From Candidatus Zhuqueibacterota bacterium (GTDB lineage Bacteria > Zhuqueibacterota > Zhuqueibacteria > Thermofontimicrobiales > Thermofontimicrobiaceae): a DNA stretch of 64,000 nucleotides. The DNA lies in assembly GCA_049322915.1 (NCBI GenBank), contig JBMOPW010000034.1:224001-288000 (forward strand), read 5' to 3'. A program made the position numbers and the translations under genes. Below the pieces are notes generated by a model, which ran no database searches, was not told the origin of the DNA, and was given only the letters and a program-made list of their open reading frames with translations. Below are positions 20,932-28,328 of the stretch, piece by piece. How positions within the stretch are numbered: the stretch's first letter is position 1; each line of letters starts with the position of its first letter.

Positions 20932-21612
20932 TCAGGCAAGTGATTCATCGCGTTCAATTTTACCATCGCGCAAACGAATGATGCGGTTGGTATGCTCGGC
21001 GATATATTCCTCATGCGTCACCAGAATGATCGTATTGCCCTGATCGTGCAGATTTTCGAAAATTTCCATGATCTCTTCCCCGGTCCGGGTATCCAGGTTG
21101 CCGGTGGGTTCGTCCGCTAAAATGATGCGCGGATTATTCACCAGGGCGCGGGCAATAGCCACACGCTGGCGCTGACCGCCGGAGAGTTCATTGGGGCGGT
21201 GATTCACACGCTCGCTAAGGCCGACGCGTTCCAACGCTTCCTGCGCGATCCTCCGACGTTTTGTCGCAGGAGTACCATTGTAAATCAAGGGCAATTCCAC
21301 ATTATGCAACGCCGTCGCGCGAGGCAGCAGATTGAACGTCTGAAAGACAAAGCCGATTTCTCTGTTGCGGATTTCCGCCAGTTGATCATCGTTCATTTCA
21401 CTGACTAGCTCGTCCACGAAACGATACACACCGGAGGACGGCGTATCAAGGCAGCCTAAAATATTCATCAATGTCGATTTGCCAGAACCGGACGGTCCCA
21501 TGATGGCCAGATATTCGTTCTCTTTGATGTTCAGCGAAACGCCCTGTAACGCATGCACTTTCTCAGTCCCCACCTGGTACACCTTTTCGATATTTTCAAT
21601 TGAAATTATCAT
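20932..21612 (-). CDS. MacB/LolD-type ABC ATPase
   Basis: [22 protein letters not shown]. Confidence 0.96.
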   Translation of the reverse strand: MIISIENIEKVYQVGTEKVHALQGVSLNIKENEYLAIMGPSGSGKSTLMNILGCLDTPSSGVYRFVDELVSEMNDDQLAEIRNREIGFVFQTFNLLPRATALHNVELPLIYNGTPATKRRRIAQEALERVGLSERVNHRPNELSGGQRQRVAIARALVNNPRIILADEPTGNLDTRTGEEIMEIFENLHDQGNTIILVTHEEYIAEHTNRIIRLRDGKIERDESLA

Positions 21613-21642
21613 TGTTCATTCCTCGAAGAAAAAAAATTTAAA

Positions 21643-22893
21643 TTAGGATTCGGACGGCGCTTTGGTTTTATCGGTTATTTTCACCGCATCGCCATTTTTC
21701 AGCGTCTTGGAAAGAACGCGATAACTGCCGGTAACAACCTGCTGTCCTTCATTCAAACCGGATTTTATCTCAATGTCGGTGTCATTTCCAATACCGGTCT
21801 TGACAGGAATCGCTTTTACTTTGCCATCTTCAACCACAAATACGACCTCAATCAGGTTCTCATCTTTCTTGGCATCATCGGTTGTCTTCTCGCCCTCTGT
21901 CGCGGGTTTCGAGACTTCCCTGGTACTGGCTTTGGAAGTGTTTTTATTCGTCCCATCCAACTCGTTTTTATCGCGGACAGTGACTGCCTGGATGGGTACG
22001 TGAACCACATTGTAGCCGGTTTCTGTCCGGATATCGACTGTGGCGGACATCCCCGGTCGGATGGTCTCGACTGTGTCGATGATGGTGATCTTCACTTCGA
22101 AATTCGTGACTTCTTCCTGTGTGCCGCGGCCTCGCGTCGTTGCTGTGTAAGCGCGTTCTGTAACAACGCCCCGAAACGTGGTATCCGGAATAGCGTCCAC
22201 TTCGATGTCCGTGGTATCGCCTTCGGTCACTAATACCACATCGTTTTCGTCCACTTCTGCCAATACTTCCATTCGCGACAGGTCGGACAGAACCATGATA
22301 ACATCCGCCTGGAACATGGAGCCCAGCGCAATTTCTCCAACTTCTTTGTTGCGCAGGGTCACGGTGCCATTGATCGGCGAATACAGTTTCGTTTTAACCT
22401 GGTCATCTTCCGCCTGACTCACTCCGGCAGCGGCCTGATCCACTTGACTTTCCGACAATTTCAAATTGGCTTCAGCGTCTTCAAGCTGGGCGCTGGAAGT
22501 GAGATTCTGATTGAACAGATCTTTGATGCGGTTGTAATCGTTCTGAGCTTTTTTCAAACTCGCTTCAGCAGATTTTTTAGTGGAAAGCGCCCGCTCCACA
22601 GCAGCGCGGTATTTGGTTCCATCCAGTTCGACCAATAGCTGGCCCTTGCTGACGGCATCACCTTCTTTCACGTATATGCCAATGATTTCAGCGCTGACAT
22701 TCGCTGAGATATTCACTTCGGTCTGGGATTGTATTTTGCCAGACGCAGACACGACTTGCGTGATGTCCCCTTTTTTTACTTTGTCCACCTGTACCTGAAT
22801 TTCATTGCCACTGCGTTTTTTCAAATTAATAATGATGAAAATGACGATGACAAGCACGACTCCAAGCACAATAAACAGTTTCTTTTTCGACAT
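21643..22893 (-). CDS. Efflux membrane-fusion (periplasmic adaptor) protein
   Basis: N-terminal TM, lipoyl halves, coiled coil, RPGMSA. Confidence 0.93.
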   Translation of the reverse strand: MSKKKLFIVLGVVLVIVIFIIINLKKRSGNEIQVQVDKVKKGDITQVVSASGKIQSQTEVNISANVSAEIIGIYVKEGDAVSKGQLLVELDGTKYRAAVERALSTKKSAEASLKKAQNDYNRIKDLFNQNLTSSAQLEDAEANLKLSESQVDQAAAGVSQAEDDQVKTKLYSPINGTVTLRNKEVGEIALGSMFQADVIMVLSDLSRMEVLAEVDENDVVLVTEGDTTDIEVDAIPDTTFRGVVTERAYTATTRGRGTQEEVTNFEVKITIIDTVETIRPGMSATVDIRTETGYNVVHVPIQAVTVRDKNELDGTNKNTSKASTREVSKPATEGEKTTDDAKKDENLIEVVFVVEDGKVKAIPVKTGIGNDTDIEIKSGLNEGQQVVTGSYRVLSKTLKNGDAVKITDKTKAPSES

Positions 22894-22929
22894 AAAACAC
22901 TCCTGAAAGAATCGTTTGAATACCTGAAT

Positions 22930-24243
22930 TTACCATGATAATTCACCAGTGGCTAAATCCAGAACAGCCACTGCATATTTATAATCGTAAATAGCCTGAA
23001 TGCGATCTACTTTCGCGCGGTTCAGGGATGCGTGCGCGGTGTTTTGATCGAGCAATGTCCCGGCGCCGATTCGGAATCGTTCGCTGGCCAGCCGATAATC
23101 TTCTTCCGCGGATGTTACATTTTCCTGAGTGGCCTGGATCTTTTCAGCCGCTTTTTCAATTTCCAGTAACGCGCTCCGCACATCGAGCGTCACCTGGCGT
23201 TTTGCCTGCTCCAGATCAGCTTCCGCGGCAATCACTTCCGCTTTAGCGCTGCTCACCCCGGCTTTGGTCTGAAAGCCATTGAATAAATTCATGCTCATGC
23301 TCAGTCCGAGGCTGTAGGTATCGAACTCCGTGATGTCGCGTTGTTGTTCCGGCAATTGCACATCCCACCAGCTATAGGAAGCTGAGAAAGACACCGTCGG
23401 ATAATACGAGCTCTGCTGCAACCTCACCCCGGCTTTGGCCTTGTCCAGTTTATTGGTGTATGATTTGTAATCAAGGCGGTTTGCCAGCGCTTTTTCCATG
23501 GCGCGATTGAAATCCACTTTCAGCGCTTCAATATCGCCGTCGATATCTTCCGGAACCACTTCGATCTCATTGCTCACATCGACACCCAGAATGTGATTCA
23601 AATTGATTTTCGCTGTGATGACGCTGTTTTGCGCCTCGATGACTGCCAGTTTGTTTTCCCCGTATATGACCTTTTGCTGATAGACTTCTGCCCGGGAACT
23701 GGTGCCAATTTTTTCCATGGCCTCAATGCGCTTCAATTCATCCAGACTGGTCTGCAGCGCTTCATCGGCGACGAGCGCCAGTTGTTTCGCCTTGAGAACG
23801 TTGTAATAATACAGTTTTACATTGAGCACAACGGACTGCTTCGTCCAGCCCAGATTATTCTCATATTGCTGCTTGTCGGCTTCGCCCTGGCGCAGACTGG
23901 CAACGTTGCGGAAGCCGGTGAAAATAGGCTGCGAGAGGCTGAATTGGTACGCATACGATTCTTTTGAGGCCACCAGTTGATCGAACCGAATGGTGTACAT
24001 CTCCTGTTCTCTGCGATTCCATTGGCCGTAAAAGTTCACCTCCGGCATGAAATTCCCCCGGGCGGATGTGAGTCCGGCGTCAGCCATTTTTTTATAACTC
24101 TCGGCAGACACAATGCTGGTGTTGTTTTCAAGAGCGATTTGAATGCAATCTTTCATTGTCAACGTTTTCTTCTCCTGCGCGTGCAATGAAAATGACAGGC
24201 CGAAGAAAAGAACTAGCAATAAAATCCAGCTAAAACGCTTCAT
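22930..24243 (-). CDS. TolC-family outer-membrane efflux protein
   Basis: Signal peptide, duplicated OEP repeats. Confidence 0.92.
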   Translation of the reverse strand: MKRFSWILLLVLFFGLSFSLHAQEKKTLTMKDCIQIALENNTSIVSAESYKKMADAGLTSARGNFMPEVNFYGQWNRREQEMYTIRFDQLVASKESYAYQFSLSQPIFTGFRNVASLRQGEADKQQYENNLGWTKQSVVLNVKLYYYNVLKAKQLALVADEALQTSLDELKRIEAMEKIGTSSRAEVYQQKVIYGENKLAVIEAQNSVITAKINLNHILGVDVSNEIEVVPEDIDGDIEALKVDFNRAMEKALANRLDYKSYTNKLDKAKAGVRLQQSSYYPTVSFSASYSWWDVQLPEQQRDITEFDTYSLGLSMSMNLFNGFQTKAGVSSAKAEVIAAEADLEQAKRQVTLDVRSALLEIEKAAEKIQATQENVTSAEEDYRLASERFRIGAGTLLDQNTAHASLNRAKVDRIQAIYDYKYAVAVLDLATGELSW

Positions 24244-24279
24244 GGTAACTCCTGTTCTTGTAATTTCTATTCAATTTTT

Positions 24280-24993
24280 TCATGCAAATATTTTCATCAG
24301 CGTGGCGGAAATCAGCACGTAAATGCCGAAAAGCACTACCATCACCCACGCCGATTTTTTCATGCTGAATTTGTACAGCACCGAAAAGGCGATTGCCAGC
24401 AATGCGAAATGCCATATCGAAAATATTTCAATTGATTTGAGAAGATAGTAGAGAAATGATTTCGACGCATCGGCGGGCATCAGCATGGCCAGACTGAAGG
24501 AGATATCGGTTGTATTTTTGCTCAGAATGAGCGGCAACTTGACCAACATGCCCAGAATGCCAATCAATGAAGTATACAGATAAACCGAAAACATTTTCAA
24601 AAATGTCGTCTGTCCGCCCAGGATGAAATTGCCAATGAAAAGGAAAATCGCCGACATCAAAGCAAGGATGAGCCCGGTTCCGACGGCTGCGCCGATTGGG
24701 CCAATAATTTTTCCAAACTTCTCCCCCATGGCTAACGCCGCGTCAATTTGTTCCGCTGATTGGCCCTGCTCTTCGAGCTTTTCCCGCTGTTTCTGCATTT
24801 GCTCCGGCATGGAAATTGGCAGGGTGATCATCGTGAATGCGACCGTGATCAATACCATCACTAACAACGGCATGACCCAGTCCGGTTTTCTGTTGATGCT
24901 CTCGTAGGTTTCCCGAGGTGAAAAAAAGATACCCATGAATCGCTGGAAAAAGTTGAGTTCACGGGTCGGTGTTGACGTACTCACTTCGTTCAT
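24280..24993 (-). CDS. Yip1-family (YknW-like) membrane protein
   Basis: IFFSPRE..E.I..KP.W motif, multi-TM. Confidence 0.85.
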   Translation of the reverse strand: MNEVSTSTPTRELNFFQRFMGIFFSPRETYESINRKPDWVMPLLVMVLITVAFTMITLPISMPEQMQKQREKLEEQGQSAEQIDAALAMGEKFGKIIGPIGAAVGTGLILALMSAIFLFIGNFILGGQTTFLKMFSVYLYTSLIGILGMLVKLPLILSKNTTDISFSLAMLMPADASKSFLYYLLKSIEIFSIWHFALLAIAFSVLYKFSMKKSAWVMVVLFGIYVLISATLMKIFA

Positions 24994-25132
24994 TGAATCC
25001 TCCGCGTTTTTAAGTCCAATGCCTGTGACATCTGGTTATGAATTTTTACGATGTGCAGGCCTGGTTTCGCATCAAGGGAGTAATACCGATGTGCGCTCAA
25101 ATATGCGAACCAATTTTTTTATGCTGAGTAAT

Positions 25133-25158
25133 AACGGATCAATACTATAAAAGTTTCA
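25133..25158 (-). promoter_or_regulatory. SigW-type ECF promoter of the efflux operon
   Basis: TGAAAC-N16-CGTT on the minus strand. Confidence 0.65.
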
Positions 25159-25245
25159 AAATTGACTTTTCAAATCAGTTATATGCAACGAATTTACAGC
25201 GCACTCCCCCCCTGCATCTATGCGCTGTTAAAACACACGATGAGG

Positions 25246-26283
25246 TTAATTGTCCTCTGCGAACGCCTCGACCACAGCCACGGCGTTTTCAATCGGCGTG
25301 CCCGGCTGCAATGCTTTGGCAGGCGCAAGAATGAATCCACCGCCCTGTCCCAGATTTTGCCGGAGCTTGCGCACTTCGTCCCGAATGGAGGCCGGCGTTC
25401 CGAATGGGATGGTGCTCTGGCTGCCCAGGCAGCCCCAGAACGCGATCTTGTCACCCCACTTTCTCTTCAATTCGTACGGATTCATCCCGGCGGCCTCTGG
25501 CTGCACGCTCTCCAGCAGATCAAGTTTTATCTCGATGATGTCAGGAAAAATGTCGGCGATGCTGCCGCAGCAATGAGAGAACACAAATTTTCCCCGGGCA
25601 TGCACTGCTTCGTAAATCCTTGCATAGCGATGCTTGAACAAAGCGCGCCATCGATCCGGGCCGATGATGACGCCTCGCTGATCCCCCCAATCATCGCCGA
25701 AAATGATCGCATCCAGTTCCGGCATCACATCGCAGGTGTAGTTGATGTACGCCATGAACTGTTGGGCAATTCGGTCGAGAAGCTCTTCGTAAAAGTGCGG
25801 CTCAGCGATGACGTCCATCAGCACATTCTCGAACCCCCGAATTCCCCAGCTCGTTTCGAATAATCCCCAACCGATCCAGGCCACTAAAAAATATTCATCT
25901 GAATTGCGCTGAAGGTTCTCCCGAATCTGTTTGATTTCTTCCTCGCTGGCGAAAAATAATTCCGGCGCCGGCCAGTCGTAGCCGGCAAAAGAAGGCGTCG
26001 CCAACGCTGGCTGTTCCAGATGAAACGGCAGTTGATCCATCCGCCAGATCGACCCGTACGGGTCCCGGTGATACCCCTCCCTGTGGGTCGGGATCTTTTT
26101 CATCGTGTGCACAATTTCGATTTCAGCAATATATTTTTTCAATCGCCGTTGCCATGTCCGGTTGCCGAAGTACGCGTTCAGCCTTTCCTCGATATCGCCC
26201 TCAAAGGGAAGCGTATAGGGAACAATTCCCGTTTCCCGATGTTGAACCTGATTCAGAATTATTTCGCGAGGCGTCATCTCCAT
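25246..26283 (-). CDS. Uroporphyrinogen decarboxylase / MtaA-CmuA methyltransferase family protein
   Basis: MTPRE start, GDDWG.Q, HCCG, GGGFILAP. Confidence 0.85.
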   Translation of the reverse strand: MEMTPREIILNQVQHRETGIVPYTLPFEGDIEERLNAYFGNRTWQRRLKKYIAEIEIVHTMKKIPTHREGYHRDPYGSIWRMDQLPFHLEQPALATPSFAGYDWPAPELFFASEEEIKQIRENLQRNSDEYFLVAWIGWGLFETSWGIRGFENVLMDVIAEPHFYEELLDRIAQQFMAYINYTCDVMPELDAIIFGDDWGDQRGVIIGPDRWRALFKHRYARIYEAVHARGKFVFSHCCGSIADIFPDIIEIKLDLLESVQPEAAGMNPYELKRKWGDKIAFWGCLGSQSTIPFGTPASIRDEVRKLRQNLGQGGGFILAPAKALQPGTPIENAVAVVEAFAEDN

Positions 26284-26582
26284 CTCTTTCGTTTTGAGCC
26301 TGGTGTATTTATTTTTCCTTCGACTTGCAGCCAGCGATTCGCTGATTACCAATGCCAGCGCACATGTGACATTATTTCACTGCCCGGCATGCGCATTGCC
26401 CATTCTCCAATTGCCCGGCTGCACAAACTGACAGCAGAATGTCCCTGCAAAACTAATGAATCTAGTTAACTTTTGCAAGGTAAATTTATTTTTTTTGAAT
26501 CCGATATGAATCTTTTCAATGGTACTGACATCTAAATACGTAAATTCAATTTTATCCCATTCACTTTTTTAACAAAGGCGCT

Positions 26583-26789
26583 ATGAGCAAATATATCTGG
26601 AAAATAGCAGTCGTTCTGGTTGGAGCTGGATTAGGTTATGCCTATTACCATTTCATCGGCTGCCGTTCCGGCGTTTGTCCCATTACCAGCAATCCCTGGA
26701 TCAGTACCGGCTACGGTTCACTGATTGGACTGATCTTTGCGTCAGGCACAAAAAAGAGTCAGCCAAAAAAGGAACAGGAGAAACAATAA
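26583..26789 (+). CDS. DUF6132-family small membrane protein
   Basis: G.AYY.FIGCRSGVCPITSNP...YG signature. Confidence 0.8.
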   Translation: MSKYIWKIAVVLVGAGLGYAYYHFIGCRSGVCPITSNPWISTGYGSLIGLIFASGTKKSQPKKEQEKQ

Positions 26790-26948
26790 ATGGATTCATT
26801 GACTCCTATCATTATCTTTGTAGTGTACTTTTTAGTCATGCGGTTCGTTCTCCCCAAAATGGGAATTCCTACCTGAATGTCGAAATCGTGCGACCTTCCG
26901 GGAGAACGTCGAAAAGATGAAAACAAAAAAGAAACGAGTGACATTTAA
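26790..26948 (+). CDS. Putative 52-aa single-TM selenoprotein (TGA at 26874 read as Sec)
   Basis: MDSLTPIIIFVVYFLVMRFVLPKMGIPT-U-MSKSCDLPGERRKDENKKETSDI; RBS AGGAG; ATG abuts the previous stop; hairpin follows the TGA. Confidence 0.6.
26891..26911 (+). other. Candidate bacterial SECIS hairpin
   Basis: CGAC-C-TTC-[CGGGA]-GAA-C-GTCG; loop 22 nt after TGA, G at loop position 2. Confidence 0.45.
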
Positions 26949-26961
26949 GTGGAGATCAGCG

Positions 26962-27171
26962 ATGCCGATTTATGAGTATAGTTGCAAAAATTGTGGTTGT
27001 CAATTCGATGTGTTCCAGTCCATGGGCGCCACGAACGAAAATTTAACTTGTCCATCCTGCGGACAGCCAAAACCGGAGCGAATTTTCTCCACATTTGGTT
27101 CGGCCGGATCAGGTTCGTATTCCGGCAGCTCCGGCGGATGCAGTTCCAGTGGACCATTTACCTGAGGTTAA
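26962..27171 (+). CDS. FmdB-family zinc-ribbon protein, probably with C-terminal Sec (...CSSSGPFT-U-G-stop)
   Basis: MPIYEYSCKNC...CPSCG; TGA 27163 followed by GGT TAA; RBS GGAG. The confidence refers to the FmdB call; Sec is less certain. Confidence 0.8.
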
Positions 27172-27172
27172 A

Positions 27173-27195
27173 TAAAAAAGCAGTTAGCTTTTTTA
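27173..27195 (+). other. Candidate bacterial SECIS hairpin
   Basis: TAAAAAAGC-[AGTTA]-GCTTTTTTA; loop 16 nt after TGA, contains GU. Confidence 0.5.
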
Positions 27196-27229
27196 GACAT
27201 GAAGTAACCAAAATAATTCTGGAGGAGAA

Positions 27230-27829
27230 ATGAAAAAAATTAGTTATACAATGATACTTATCATAGTTATGTTGCTGGCCGGATGTTCCGGAGAAACAGA
27301 CGAGTCCATCGCTCAGAATAAAGTGCAAAAAGTTGATAAGGTGAATGTCGAGAACGTCGCTTCGAAAAATTTTGTGCTCACTTTTAACCAGGGTTTGGAG
27401 AAAGCGAAAAAAGAGAAGAAGAACATGCTCATCGACTTTTACACGGATTGGTGCCATTGGTGCAAAGTGATGGATGAGAAAACTTTCAGCGAAAAAGCAG
27501 TGGCTGAAAAACTGAGCAATCGGTTTGTCACGGTTCGAATCGATGCGGAGGCCAATACAGGGTCTAATTCATTTAAAGGACATACATTCAATAATATGGA
27601 AATGACGCGGGCGTTTGGGGTCACAGGATTCCCATCACTCATCTTCATCTCCCCTGAAGAAGAAGTCATCACGAAAATCCCGGGCTATGTCCCGGCTGAG
27701 CAGTTCGCCTACATCCTCGATTATATCGATCAGGAATGTTACAAAAAGCAGATGAGCCTTGAAGAGTTCATGAAGAAAAAGGGCGAATGCGACGACACAA
27801 CTGAGAAGCCCAAGTCGGACAATATGTAA
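27230..27829 (+). CDS. Thioredoxin-family (SoxW-like) lipoprotein
   Basis: Lipobox LAGC, WCHWC active site, GFP cis-Pro. Confidence 0.9.
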   Translation: MKKISYTMILIIVMLLAGCSGETDESIAQNKVQKVDKVNVENVASKNFVLTFNQGLEKAKKEKKNMLIDFYTDWCHWCKVMDEKTFSEKAVAEKLSNRFVTVRIDAEANTGSNSFKGHTFNNMEMTRAFGVTGFPSLIFISPEEEVITKIPGYVPAEQFAYILDYIDQECYKKQMSLEEFMKKKGECDDTTEKPKSDNM

Positions 27830-27891
27830 TTCAATGTCCGAATTCAATCCGGACAATTCGCGGCTGACGAATCAGTGACCATAATGATTGC

Positions 27892-27925
27892 AGGGACTCC
27901 ACCGAATAGGTGAGTCCCTTTTTTT
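27892..27925 (+). terminator. Rho-independent terminator
   Basis: AGGGACT...AGTCCCT followed by a T-run. Confidence 0.8.
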
Positions 27926-28328
27926 ATCTGTGAAAAATCAGTGCGCTGAATTGCTCCGGCTCAGCGCTCGCAAAACCGCCCATTGATGGAGATGGGTTCA
28001 CGCGAAGAAAATCAATTCTGTTTTTATCTGACATCGCTGCCTCAGAAAAACTCCCCTGCTGACCCTGTTTTTGCCGCCTTTTATGTTCTTCCTTGCTTCC
28101 GGCAAAAAAAAATCTTGCTTCATGAGAAATAATTTGTAAATTAATGCTGTGACTATTCAGGCTTTTATTCTTGCCTCAAAGGCGCCAGGTCACAGAGTTA
28201 TAAGAAGTTTCCAACTTTTTATTCAATCTTTTAATCCAATAGCGCCGGGAATTGAGTTGTGGTGGCCGACACGATTTCACCAGGAATAACTTCAATAAAA
28301 GTTGACAAATAAATATAGGACATGAAAT

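Noticed and set aside
26917..26961. N-terminal extension of FmdB in the ORF track
   Set aside because: MPIYEY with an RBS at 26962 is the family-typical start; the extension overlaps the putative Sec ORF
28238..28290. glmS ribozyme
   Set aside because: Only AGCGCC matches; the conserved GACGAGG core is missing
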